Below, in pieces: positions 18,651 to 29,700 of a stretch of DNA of 64,000 bases. The notes beneath the pieces were generated by a model. The model searched no databases. It was not told the DNA's origin and saw nothing but the letters and a program-made list of their open reading frames with translations. Origin of the DNA: Oceanispirochaeta sp. (GTDB lineage: Bacteria > Spirochaetota > Spirochaetia > DSM-2461); assembly GCA_963663385.2 (NCBI GenBank), contig CAXXXD010000002.1, positions 1,792,001 through 1,856,000 of the forward strand, given 5' to 3'. The first letter of the stretch is position 1; each line of letters opens with the position of its first letter. The translations under genes were made by a program, and so were the position numbers.

Positions 18651-19710
18651 GAAAACCAAAAGATTAATGAAGGGAAACGAAGCTGTTATCCATGGAGCCC
18701 TTATGGGCGGAGCTACCCATTTCTTTGGTTACCCCATTACGCCCGCCAGTGAGATTGCCCATGCGGCAGCCCTGTATTTTACGACTACCGGCAGGCATTT
18801 CCTTCAGGCCGAATCGGAAGTGTCTGTGGTAAATATGCTTTATGGGGCCGCCGGAGCGGGAGCCCGGGTTATGACCGCATCTTCCGGTCCGGGAATGTCC
18901 CTGATGGCCGAAGGGCTTTCCTATATTGCCGGTGCGGAACTGCCCTGTGTTGTGGTTGATGTGCAGCGGGCCGGCCCGGGACTGGGGAATATCTGGCCGG
19001 AGCAGAGTGACTACAATATTACAGTCAAAGGGGGAGGTCACGGGAATTACCGGAATCTTGTACTGGCACCGAACTCTGTTCAGGAGATGTGTGATTTAAC
19101 CTATATGGCTTTTGACCTGGCGGATAAATACAGGACGGCTGTTATCGTACTGGCAGATGCCTATATAGGACAGATGATGGAACCTGTTGAACTCCCCGAT
19201 GAGATTCACCATGGGGAACGGAAAGACTGGGCCTTATACGGAGATAAGGAGAGCCGCGGGAATCTTGTTACTTCCATATTGATGGATCCGGTACTGCAGA
19301 GTGATCATAACTGGAAGCTCCAGAAAAAATATGAACGTATGGCAGAGGAGTGCTGTCTGTGGGAGGAGATTGACTGCGATGATGCGGAAGTTGTAATAAC
19401 TGCCTATGGTATTACGGCCAGAGTCTGTCTGTCTGCGGTTCAGATGCTCCGGCAGAAGGGTGTCAAAGCCGGACTGTTCAGACCAAAGACCCTTTTTCCT
19501 TTTCCCGAAACGCGTCTGAAGGAACTGGCGGGAAAAACCCGGATGATAGTATCGGCTGAGCTTGCTAATGGTCAGCTGTCGGATGATGTGGAAAGGCTTG
19601 CTGCCGGAAAGGTTCCTGTATTGCGCTATCTATGGCTGGGAGGAATTATCCCGTCTGTTCAGGAAGTGACCGAAAAGGTTCTGAAGGATCTGGAAGGAGG
19701 CCGGCAGTGA
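18643..19710 (+). CDS. 2-oxoacid:ferredoxin oxidoreductase alpha subunit (VorB/branched-chain type)
   Basis: MKGNEA, GYPITPASE, QAESE, SSGPG, QRAGPGLG; ATG at 18643 after GGGAGG. Confidence 0.92.
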   Translation: MSEKTKRLMKGNEAVIHGALMGGATHFFGYPITPASEIAHAAALYFTTTGRHFLQAESEVSVVNMLYGAAGAGARVMTASSGPGMSLMAEGLSYIAGAELPCVVVDVQRAGPGLGNIWPEQSDYNITVKGGGHGNYRNLVLAPNSVQEMCDLTYMAFDLADKYRTAVIVLADAYIGQMMEPVELPDEIHHGERKDWALYGDKESRGNLVTSILMDPVLQSDHNWKLQKKYERMAEECCLWEEIDCDDAEVVITAYGITARVCLSAVQMLRQKGVKAGLFRPKTLFPFPETRLKELAGKTRMIVSAELANGQLSDDVERLAAGKVPVLRYLWLGGIIPSVQEVTEKVLKDLEGGRQ

Positions 19711-21128
19711 TTGTTCACGAAAAACCAAAAGCATTCTATGATACATTTGAGCGGAAAGGAGCAGGGCAGCAGGTAACCCATTACTGTCCCGGCTGCGGTC
19801 ATGGCACAGCCCACAAACTGATTGCCGAACTTCTGGTGGATATGGGGATTCAGGATCGCACCATCTTCCTGTCTCCTGTAGGCTGTTCCGTATTTGCCTA
19901 TTACTATATGGATACGGGAAATATACAGTGCGCTCATGGCAGGGCCCCAGCTGTGGGAACCGGTATCCGACGGACTCATAAGGAAGCCATCCTTATCTCT
20001 TACCAGGGAGACGGGGATCTGGCAGCCATCGGCACGGCTGAAATCATTCATGCCGCCAACCGCGGTGAAAATCTGACTGTTTTTTTCATTAACAATGCAA
20101 TTTATGGTATGACAGGAGGGCAGATGGCCCCCACAACCCTGGAAGGCCAGAAAACCCTGACCACACCCCTTGGGCGTTCCGGCGGCAGGGACGGGCACCC
20201 CATCGGAATGGCCGAGGTTATGTCGGCTCTGAAAACTCCGGTTTTTATCGAACGTGTAAGCCTTTCCACACCGGGCAAGGTTCTGAAAGCCCGCAAGGTA
20301 TTCCGCAAAGCCATTCAGAATCAGATTGACAAAAAAGGATTCTCCTTTGTGGAAGTCCTTTCTCCCTGTCCCATTAACTGGAAGATGGATCCTGTACAGG
20401 CCCGTAAGTGGATGCAGGATTATCTGGAACCCCTTTATCCTGTAAAGAACTTCAGGGATGACAGTGAAAAACCGGCGCCTCCTGACGACTCCCTTCCCTG
20501 GCTGGATGATAATGAACTGAAAAAAACACTGCAGCAGGGCGGTTCCCTTCCCAATGTTCACAGGGATACGTATTTTGAAGAGCAGAGGGTTAAAATTGCC
20601 GGATTCGGTGGTCAGGGGGTTCTGTCTGCGGGTACACTCCTGGCGAATATTGCCATTGCAGAAGGACTTAATGCCACATGGCTGCCCTCCTATGGGCCTG
20701 AGATGAGGGGCGGAAAGGCTAATGCCAGCGTTATTGTATCCCGTGATGTGATCGGTTCTCCAGTTGTGGACTATCCCAATGTTCTTATTGCCCTGAACAC
20801 GCCGTCACTTCTTTCTTTTGAAAAAAATGTGATGCCGGGAGGGCTGATTCTGGTTAATTCATCTCTTGTAAATCACAAGGTTGAAAGAGACGATGTACGG
20901 ACTTTTTACATCCCCGCATCTGATATGGCCAAGGAGAGCGGAATTCTGGCCACAGCCAATATCATTCTTCTTACCATTTATCTGAAAATTACAGGTGTAG
21001 CTGATCATGAGGTTCTGAAAAAAGTCCTTCCGGGAAGTGTGAAAAGGAAAGATACGGTTCAACTGAATCTTAAAATGGTGGAAAAGGCATTGGAATACTT
21101 TGAGAAGGAAATTAAAGGGAATGTCTGA
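19707..21128 (+). CDS. 2-oxoacid:ferredoxin oxidoreductase fused beta-gamma subunit
   Basis: YCPGCGHG, GDGDLA..NNAIYGMTGGQ (TPP) fused to AGFGGQG..SYGPEMRGG (gamma); GTG start at 19707. Confidence 0.92.
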   Translation: MIVHEKPKAFYDTFERKGAGQQVTHYCPGCGHGTAHKLIAELLVDMGIQDRTIFLSPVGCSVFAYYYMDTGNIQCAHGRAPAVGTGIRRTHKEAILISYQGDGDLAAIGTAEIIHAANRGENLTVFFINNAIYGMTGGQMAPTTLEGQKTLTTPLGRSGGRDGHPIGMAEVMSALKTPVFIERVSLSTPGKVLKARKVFRKAIQNQIDKKGFSFVEVLSPCPINWKMDPVQARKWMQDYLEPLYPVKNFRDDSEKPAPPDDSLPWLDDNELKKTLQQGGSLPNVHRDTYFEEQRVKIAGFGGQGVLSAGTLLANIAIAEGLNATWLPSYGPEMRGGKANASVIVSRDVIGSPVVDYPNVLIALNTPSLLSFEKNVMPGGLILVNSSLVNHKVERDDVRTFYIPASDMAKESGILATANIILLTIYLKITGVADHEVLKKVLPGSVKRKDTVQLNLKMVEKALEYFEKEIKGNV

Positions 21129-22215
21129 GACATATAGAATTCTGGCTATTAATCCCGGGTCAACTTCGACCAAGCTGGCCCTGTTTGAGGATGAAAATGA
21201 GATCCATTCCCTGAATATTACCCATCTGGACGATGAACTGGATCTGTTTCCCCTGGTGTCGGATCAGGAAGAGTATCGTTTTAACCTTATCCGTACCATG
21301 ATGGATAAAACGAATGATAAAGGTTTTGACCGGCTGGACGCCGTAATCGGCAGAGGAGGGCTGCTGCATCCCATGGAAGGGGGTGTCTACCATGTTAACG
21401 AAGCTATGCTGGAGGATTTAAGGGAGGCCCGCTATGGTGAACATGCCTGTAATCTGGGGGCTGTGCTTGCCCGGAGAATCGGGGACGAACAGAAGGCTAA
21501 AGGGAATGTCTGTGAAGTGCTTATTGCCGATCCCGTAGTAGTTGATGAACTCTGCCCGGAAGCCCGCTGTTCCGGCCTGCCCGGTCTGGAACGAAAAAGT
21601 GTTTTTCATGCGCTGAATCAGAAATCAGTTGCCCGAAATGTGGCGGGACAATTGGGTAAACCCTATGAAGAGCTGAACCTGATTGTCGCCCATATGGGGG
21701 GGGGCATCTCGGTGGGAGCTCATAAAAAGGGGAGGGTTGTCGATGTGAATAATGCTCTGGATGGAGACGGTCCCTTCTCTCCCGAGCGGAGCGGCGGACT
21801 TCCGGCGGGGCAGCTGGTAAAACTCGCTCTGTCCGGGCAGTACAGTCTGGAAGAGCTGAAAAAGATGATTACAGGGCAGGGCGGAGTAATTGCCTATTGC
21901 GGAACGAAAGACATGAGGATGATTGAGGAGCGGATCAGGGCAGGAGATACAAGCGCCCGGTTGGTTTTTAATGCCATGTCCTACCAGATATCCCAGGAAA
22001 TTGCCCGACACGGGGCTACCCTGGAAGGAGATGTAGACGGAATCATTCTGACGGGAGGTCAGGCAAGAAGCGAGGATCTGGTAGAGGCAATAAAAAAACG
22101 TGTATCCTTTCTGGCACCGATCTATGTCATTCCGGGAGAACGGGAGATGGCTTCTCTGTCCGGTAATGCTCTGGATGCCCTCAGGGGTCTTCAACCTGTT
22201 AAGGAGTACGAATGA
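21121..22215 (+). CDS. buk: Butyrate/branched-chain fatty acid kinase
   Basis: INPGSTSTK, GRGGLL, HACNLG, FHALNQK, HMGGGIS. Confidence 0.95.
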   Translation: MSETYRILAINPGSTSTKLALFEDENEIHSLNITHLDDELDLFPLVSDQEEYRFNLIRTMMDKTNDKGFDRLDAVIGRGGLLHPMEGGVYHVNEAMLEDLREARYGEHACNLGAVLARRIGDEQKAKGNVCEVLIADPVVVDELCPEARCSGLPGLERKSVFHALNQKSVARNVAGQLGKPYEELNLIVAHMGGGISVGAHKKGRVVDVNNALDGDGPFSPERSGGLPAGQLVKLALSGQYSLEELKKMITGQGGVIAYCGTKDMRMIEERIRAGDTSARLVFNAMSYQISQEIARHGATLEGDVDGIILTGGQARSEDLVEAIKKRVSFLAPIYVIPGEREMASLSGNALDALRGLQPVKEYE

Positions 22216-23096
22216 AAAATCTTGATGAGATGCTGAGAAGCGATAAAACCGGCCGTGTAGCAATTGTTCAGGCGGATCATGAAGACTCTCTCCGGGCGAT
22301 GGCAGATGCCCTGCAGAAAAGGATGGCGGATTTCATCCTCATAGGGGATTCCGAACGAATACGCCTCAAGGCGGACGAACTTGAAATATCACTGGACGGG
22401 GTGGAAATAAGGGAAGCGGAGAGCGATGAAGAGGCTTCGAACCTGGCTGCTTCTCTGGCCGAAAAAGGTGAAATCGATGTGGTTATGAAAGGTCTGGTTC
22501 ATACCTCGGTTTTCACAAGGGCTCTTTTGAATAAAGAGAGAAAGCTGATTTCTCCCGGCGGATTGATCAGTCATACGGGTTTGTTTGATCTTCCGGGATT
22601 CCCTCATCCTTTTCTTTTAAGCGATGCCGCCATAAATATTCTACCGGACTTCAAACAGAAGGTGGAGATATTAAAAAATGCTATCGGAATCAGCAGGACT
22701 CTGGGAGTTAATGCGCCAAAAACGGCCTGTATTGCTCCTGTTGAAAAGATCAACCCCAAGATTCTCAGTACCGTAGATGCGGATGCCCTGAGGCAGATGG
22801 ACTTCGGGCATGCAATTGTTGATGGTCCCATGGCGCTTGATGTGGCGCTCTCCGCTGAAGCAGCCCGGATTAAAGGGATAGAAAGTCCTGTCGCCGGGGA
22901 TCCGGATATCCTGCTCTTCCCCGAACTCAATTCGGCCAACGGTGTATATAAAGCCCTGTCCTTTATCCCCGGGTGCAGGCATGCGGGGATTCTGGCTGGT
23001 TTGAAGGTTCCCGTTGTGCTTACTTCCCGCTCCGATTCGGAGGAGACCCGGATGCTGTCCTTAAGGATGGCTTTGAGAAGCAGTACGGGAGAATAG
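22212..23096 (+). CDS. ptb: Phosphate butyryltransferase
   Basis: MKGLVHT, DAAINI, VDGPMALD, LTSRSD. Confidence 0.92.
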   Translation: MKNLDEMLRSDKTGRVAIVQADHEDSLRAMADALQKRMADFILIGDSERIRLKADELEISLDGVEIREAESDEEASNLAASLAEKGEIDVVMKGLVHTSVFTRALLNKERKLISPGGLISHTGLFDLPGFPHPFLLSDAAINILPDFKQKVEILKNAIGISRTLGVNAPKTACIAPVEKINPKILSTVDADALRQMDFGHAIVDGPMALDVALSAEAARIKGIESPVAGDPDILLFPELNSANGVYKALSFIPGCRHAGILAGLKVPVVLTSRSDSEETRMLSLRMALRSSTGE

Positions 23097-23167
23097 AACG
23101 GATTTCTTTATATTTCATAAAATTTATGGAATTGGCGTCAATTGGGGAAAAAGATATAATTAATACT

Positions 23168-24703
23168 ATGAATACAAAATATCAAAACAAATTTAATTAT
23201 CAGATCCTGTTCTTCCTGATTTCGGTAGTGATCATATTCACCTCATTATTAATTACCATTGATCGACGTTATATCAATGAGATGATTCTACAGGATTTCA
23301 ACCACGAACTTGAAAAAACTGCCAGCTCAATAAATTACGACATCAAGTTAAAATCTGAGCATGTAAAAGCAATGTCAAGTCGGACAATGATTCGACAGGA
23401 ATTGAATAGATGGTATAACAGGGATATCTCGTTAGAGGCTGTTCAGAACTTTACAAGGGATAAATACCGGGATGGTGCGGTAGTTTACGATGATATTATA
23501 TATGCAGTTCGTTACGATCTTACAGGACAGTATATTAGTAGTTTTTCAATAGCAGACTCAACGGAAATAAAACCTGTAACAGAACAAGCTTTGGATATTC
23601 AAAAAAATGGAAATGATTTCCTTTTGTATCTGGAAAATGAAATTGTACATAGTGGGGTTCATATCGGATACGATTGCGCTGCTTTTAAAATACCTTTAAA
23701 TACTTTTGATAGTACTTTTCTTAAAAATGTAAATTTTATAAAAAATCCTGTTCCTCAAGAGTATGAAAAGATCAGTATGATTGAAATCGGATGCACAGGT
23801 TTTTTTCTCACAGCGGAGATCGATGACACAATCAAAACCGGTAGAATCAACCAGCATTATTTTATGATATTGAAATGGATGATTCTTTTTTTTGTTTTAC
23901 TACTGATTGTTTCGCATATTACCATTTTTCATTTCAGCAGAGAACTCATTTCTGTTATTGAAAAACTGCATAATCGGGATGTTCGAAATGAACGGTATTC
24001 TGCTATCGCCCAGGTAGGTGCCGGTTTAGCTCATGATCTGAATAACAAGTTTAATATTATTATAGGGTACACAGAAATATTATTGAAAGGGGATATCTCG
24101 GAAGAAATTCAGAAACCTCTTGAAATTATCCATAAAACCAGCTGGGAAGCTACATCAGTAATAAATAAACTGCATCATTTTACTAGCGGCAGATTCAGTG
24201 ATATGAGTGATGTCAATGCTGTTAAGTTTTTTAATAGTATCAATAATAAAATCAATTCGGATTTTGATTTAAAACTGAATACGGACTACCGTATTTCCCA
24301 TGAACTTGTCCTGCATATTGATACCGATCAGCTGGAAGGTGCAATCCATACCCTTGTACAGAACTCATCCGAAGCCAGTGCTTCTATTGTGAATGTCACT
24401 CTGGTTCAGAAACGTATAGAAGATGATTCAACCTGTATGATCTGCAATAGGCTGATGAAAGGGGATTGGCTGTGTATCAGGATTGAGGATAACGGGGATG
24501 GGTTTTGTGAAGATATTGATAACCACCGACTACTGGAGCCTTTCTATACAACAAAAGGAGTCCGGCATGCCGGTTTGGGGCTCTCTCTGGTATATGGTGT
24601 CGTTCATCAGCATAAGGGGCATATTGTTATAAACCGGGTCGTTCCCGCAGGACTGGCTATTGAATTGTTTCTGCCTTTGGGTGGAATGGGTGTAGAAAAG
24701 TAG
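23168..24703 (+). CDS. Orphan membrane sensor histidine kinase
   Basis: Two TM helices; AHDLNN H-box, LVQNS, EDNGDG, EPFYTTK, GLGL; start placed at MNTKYQ (ORF track extends into ptb). Confidence 0.88.
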   Translation: MNTKYQNKFNYQILFFLISVVIIFTSLLITIDRRYINEMILQDFNHELEKTASSINYDIKLKSEHVKAMSSRTMIRQELNRWYNRDISLEAVQNFTRDKYRDGAVVYDDIIYAVRYDLTGQYISSFSIADSTEIKPVTEQALDIQKNGNDFLLYLENEIVHSGVHIGYDCAAFKIPLNTFDSTFLKNVNFIKNPVPQEYEKISMIEIGCTGFFLTAEIDDTIKTGRINQHYFMILKWMILFFVLLLIVSHITIFHFSRELISVIEKLHNRDVRNERYSAIAQVGAGLAHDLNNKFNIIIGYTEILLKGDISEEIQKPLEIIHKTSWEATSVINKLHHFTSGRFSDMSDVNAVKFFNSINNKINSDFDLKLNTDYRISHELVLHIDTDQLEGAIHTLVQNSSEASASIVNVTLVQKRIEDDSTCMICNRLMKGDWLCIRIEDNGDGFCEDIDNHRLLEPFYTTKGVRHAGLGLSLVYGVVHQHKGHIVINRVVPAGLAIELFLPLGGMGVEK

Positions 24704-24866
24704 ATATATTCGGATATGCATTTTGTTTTTAAAAGAAGATCGGGATGTAGATTTCCTTCTATTGTCTCAATATGCGCGTTTTATCAAAAAATCAATACAT
24801 GCATAATCAGTCTTAAAGCATTATGTATCAAGACTGATTAGTATTTGTTATTAAGGAAATTGTGAA

Positions 24867-25292
24867 TTATATAATTGATGATAGTTTTTCTATTCTATAA
24901 TAGAAAACTCTGAAGCTAATTCTTTTAAAAGCATCTGTTACGGTCCAGTAAAATGAAATGCTTTTGTTTCCTGAAAAATCAAAAAAATCAATAATGTAAC
25001 CTCGCTTTTTTTCATTTTCGGTCCACTCAAATAGAATAGGGATACATTTTGGCAGATTTTTTATATGCCCATGTCCCTTCGAATATTTCTGCTTCTCTTT
25101 TAATAAGCAAAGTTCCATCTTCTTTAAATGTAATGAGCTTCCTGCTGAATCGTTAATACCTACCAGTTCTTTATTCTGTATCATGTCAAAATCGATCAGG
25201 TTTGAATTCGACTTTGTACTCATACAACCGGTTAAAAAGAGGCAGTAAAATCAGTGATAAAAATAATTTCCTGTATGACTTTTTTTCTCCTT
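24867..25292 (-). pseudogene. Decayed lipoprotein gene
   Basis: LFLTGC lipobox in frame with the 118-aa ORF, hydrophobic signal core in another frame, AAGGAG RBS but no intact start. Confidence 0.45.
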
Positions 25293-25789
25293 GCCTGTTG
25301 ATACAAGGATATTTTTAAGACTGCTTTAAATAATTTTTAATTTTAACTTCAGGTAGATAATGGAAATTATCGCTTACGGTTCCGGGAAGTTTTCTTCATG
25401 GATATTCATAATGTTTGAAAAATATGGGGTTTTAAAAGAAAATTTAAGATCTTTCTAAAGCATATACCTAAAGAAAAAAGCTTCAGGGTATTTACTGTTG
25501 AGGTCCTGTAATATTTGGTTTGCATCATCAGTATTACCGAAACGCTTCTTAATTATTTAAAACCAGAAGAATCTACTCATTTATATTTCGTATGTCTGTT
25601 CTGTGTCCGGAATAATTCGTCAATTCGGGAAAAATACTGTTTTGAATTAATATTCTGGTAAGAAAACTATAACTTTTCCTTTTCTTCTCTATTTTTTTAA
25701 TGAAGCCATACATTTGAGTCTATATCACCCATGATTTTGAACTGGTTATTCCGGGTAATTAGTTTTGCAATATTACGATTATGGAAATG

Positions 25790-26740
25790 TTATTCTGCGT
25801 TTCTAACTAGGCGGATTCCTGTAGAAAAAATATTCATTGGTCTATAAGTTCCCCTTATAGAGGTTTCAATAGGACCTCCATACCATGATCCACCTCTTAT
25901 TACTTTAAAATCATGACCGTATCTTGATTTCTGTTTTACATCTTCAGCATGATCAATTGATGGATTTTCTATTGGTAGCCATTCAAACATTATTTCATCA
26001 TACCAATCCCAGCACCACTCACTTGCATTTCCACCCATATCATAAATATCTAATTCATTAGGTATATACTCTCCTACAGGATAAGAGCTTTTAAACTCTT
26101 TACCGAAACGTGCAATTTCATTGGGATCATCACTGCCAGGATATTTAAATCCTTTAGATTGGCGTCCACCTCGTGCTGCATATTCCCATTCGGCATCGGT
26201 AGGTAATCTATAACCATTTGCGGTTTTGTCCCATTTGACAGATATTTCGGTAAATTCTTCATCAGGTAGCTCAGTGATTATATAAGCTGGATTAAATCCA
26301 TCCTTTAAGCTTGCCCAATTGCAAAAAATTATGGCATAGTACCAATTCAATCCTTGAGCTGGACAGTCATCAGTTGGAATAGTTTCATAAAAAGGCCCAT
26401 ATCCATCTATATTCCAATCCCATGTAAATTTAAGCTTTACATCATTTAAAAAAAGTTTCCATTCATCAACAGTAACCATATAGGAAGACATAAAAAATGA
26501 AGAAAGATCTACTCTATGGGGCTGATTGGTTTTTATATCAGGATTTCCCATAATAAATTCGCCGCCATCAACGAGTACCATTTCAGGTTGATAATACCCT
26601 TCTGAAATATTAAAAAGAGGTGTAGTTGTAGTTTCAGATTCGATCACAGGTTCAGGCTCTTTTTTTTTATCTTCACTCTTTTGGCAAGAAAATGTACAAA
26701 TAAATAACAGTACTATAAATACATTCTTAAATATTTTCAT
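25790..26740 (-). CDS. FGE-sulfatase/C-type-lectin-fold lipoprotein (non-catalytic), candidate immunity protein
   Basis: MKIFKNVFIVLLFICTFSC lipobox; MVLVDGGEFIMG, YRLPTDAEWEYAARGG, YDMGGNASEWCWD, RGGSW..GIRLVR; starts 10 bp after the giant gene stop. Confidence 0.85.
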   Translation of the reverse strand: MKIFKNVFIVLLFICTFSCQKSEDKKKEPEPVIESETTTTPLFNISEGYYQPEMVLVDGGEFIMGNPDIKTNQPHRVDLSSFFMSSYMVTVDEWKLFLNDVKLKFTWDWNIDGYGPFYETIPTDDCPAQGLNWYYAIIFCNWASLKDGFNPAYIITELPDEEFTEISVKWDKTANGYRLPTDAEWEYAARGGRQSKGFKYPGSDDPNEIARFGKEFKSSYPVGEYIPNELDIYDMGGNASEWCWDWYDEIMFEWLPIENPSIDHAEDVKQKSRYGHDFKVIRGGSWYGGPIETSIRGTYRPMNIFSTGIRLVRNAE

Positions 26741-26750
26741 TTTGATTCCC

Positions 26751-29700
26751 TCAGAATTTAGGTTTAAAACTATAATAATTCGAGTTAAATGCAGCAGCAT
26801 TTTCCCACCACTTATATTCTTGATATGTTGTATATGGATCATCATAGACACCATTAGACCAACTTGCAAAATGAGTATGTTCAGAATCATTCACATCAAT
26901 ATACTTCTCCATATATGAATTAATATCCGCGTTTTGAAGTGCTTCATAGCTTTCATACGTTGTTTCAAATAAAGGATAATTATCAATGCCAAGCTTATCA
27001 CCAATCATAGCATTCAGACCGTTATAGGAAAGAACTTCACTATCATTATTAAACATTTCTCCCTGAGCATTTCGAAGTACATCTATCAGCTCATCAGGCC
27101 CTAGACTTACACCATATTTTTCCTGAAAGTAATTATTCGCATATTCAGCAGAAGCTGTAATTGCACAAGCACTGTGTTCATCCAGGCCTAATGCTTCTTC
27201 TACCATTTCCTGAGAGATATCTGTTTCGCTGTTCCGACCGAGATTATCCAGATAACTGTAGTTTCCGTTTCTTATGGCTAGATAGATCGGATCATATCCA
27301 GAACCATGATATTTTGCAATTTCTGTCTCAGAATACCAACCGCCTTTATCTTTATTATAATCAAGTCCAGACTTCATCATGATACTGTTGATATCCGATT
27401 TTGATTGCTTGTCATTACCAGTCTGAAAACCAGCGGTAATCGCCGCAATCTGACCTGACAGCGATCCATTAGCTCTTCTAATAGTCTGGGTTTCACCATT
27501 TTCATCCACAAAGATTAAGGTTTGCTTATCTCCATCATCAAGGACTTGCTGAACTTTTCCGTTTTCATCCAGTACAACACGCCAGTAGTCGGCACTTGAA
27601 TCATAAGCCCCATCCACATAGTTATTCCCGCCGGTTTTATAGGATACATAATCTTTCAGAAGCTCATCATTTCCATTAAAAATAGCGCTCCCATAATCAC
27701 CCATCAGCTTATCCAGAGTTGTGATATGCCCCTTCACAGCCTGCCGGGTTTCCATTTTCTGAGAATAATCACTGCTGATGTCTCCATCTCTGTGCGCTTC
27801 GTGGTTTAAAGTAACAAGCGTATCTACAACACTGGCCATATCATTCATATTAACGCCATTATTCAAAAATACAACCCTGTTCCCGTTTTCCAGTACGGTT
27901 TCTGCCTTTCCATCCACATCCTGATCAAATCTCAGCTCCGTATCCAGATGCATCATACTGGCAGCCTGTCTCTTGGCGGCAATATTGCCGTAGGCCCTCT
28001 GCATACGGTTCAATCTGGCCATATCTTCTGCAGTCTGTTTATCCGCAGCATATTTGTTCACGTTATCCGTAAAGGCTTCCACATTTTTCTGAATGCTTCG
28101 CTCGGAACCCAATACATACATTCCCTCCACAAAAGAGGCAAAGGTAGAGTAATCGGCTTTGATACCGCCGCTCCCTATTCTGGATGATAGCCCGTTATTT
28201 CCCAGATTGAGCTCCAAAAGTCCGCCATGATAAGCCGCATTATCAGAGTTTTTCAATCCGAACATGGAAAAGTCCAGAACATTGACAGTGGTATTCCCCG
28301 TCATGGCGTATTCGGTCAGCCCTCTGGTTACGGAACCGGCCATATTGCCGATGGCTCCCACATTGTAGGCCATACTCCCCCAGCCGCTGTCTTTTAGTGC
28401 TGTCTGATTTTTCATGGTGAAAGCATTACCTAATACTCCTGTCTGAAAGCTGGTTCTTGCGAAGTGTTCTGCCGTTCCAGCAATAACACCAGTCCAGGCA
28501 TCGGTTCCCTCAAAGCTTTTGCAGAAACCCTTCTGATTGAAATCCAGACCATTATCCCACTCAATGGCATTTATCCCGTTTGAAACAGCCATATTTGCTG
28601 TCAATTCAACGGCTTTCAGCCCTGTTGAGGCAAAAACTGAATTCTGGATAAACGGGTTATTCTGAAGCCCCTTGAACTCACCTCCGAAACCGGTATTAAA
28701 CGAGCTTCCAATGACCGAAGTCGCCAGGCTTGTTGCGCCTTTCCTGGCAAAACCGCTCCAGGCATCTCCAGCTTCCATCTGTCCGTTCTGTACATCAAGA
28801 GCCGTAAACAGCGCATCATCCACCATATTGGCCGCTGTGGACATCAACGCTGCAGCCAGAACATTCCCGGCCCCGGGAGCCATAGCCGTAAAGGCAATAT
28901 TTAACGCTATATCCGTCAAACTTCTGATAGTCGGAGCTGCCAGAAGGCTGTCGGAACTCCCGTCATTATCCGCATCATCATCCCATATTTTCTGGCTGTA
29001 GGCGGGCAGGTCCACCGTGGCAAATCCCCTCTGCATCCGGGCCTGCTGAATCAGGTAGTCTTTATAGATACGGCCCATCTCGCCGTAACCTTCGGTCTCC
29101 ACATCTTCCGGATCATCTTCTTCCATCTCCGGAGCATAACCCACATGGAAGTAAAACAGACCGGAAGTTGTTGTATGCTTTCCTGTCTCCTGCCAAATAT
29201 CATTCTCATCATAATACCCTGTATTGTATTGGGCAGAGTTTTCAAAAGCTTCTTGCTGCGCTTCCAGATGAGCCAGAAACTCATTGTCCAGGCCGTCGGT
29301 TTCCGCTTCATCCTGGCCGAAGACCAGACCAATATAATTTTCCAGATTTTCCTGAGCCTTTTTCACCTTCACATTGATCAATGTGCTGTTCAGTTTTTCC
29401 AGGCTTGCCTGGGACAGATCCACGCCGTGGTCAAAATCGGGGGCGATAAAGTCGTTGTAGACCCCTACCTCCTGGGTTTCCGACTCCGGGCCTCCCATCA
29501 GGGACGAATCGATAATGGTCCGTCTGGTATAGGTGTCGCCGTACCGGACGTAACCGGCATTATTCATGGTATTGGTCACGCTGTCGTCCACGCCCTTGTT
29601 GGCATCGTCAATGCTGTCGTCGATACCTTCTTCCATCTCGTCAATCAGCTCCGCCATCTGGAGGGCCTGAGCCGTAGCGAGGGCCTTCTGCAGGTCCTCT

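Noticed and set aside
25790..25920. Diversity-generating retroelement targeting the FGE lipoprotein
   Set aside because: No reverse transcriptase and no second adenine-variant copy of this C-terminal region visible in the window; a remote DGR cannot be excluded
26741..26890. Overlap of the FGE ORF with the giant gene as given in the ORF track
   Set aside because: The RBS and lipoprotein signal indicate the true start is 26740
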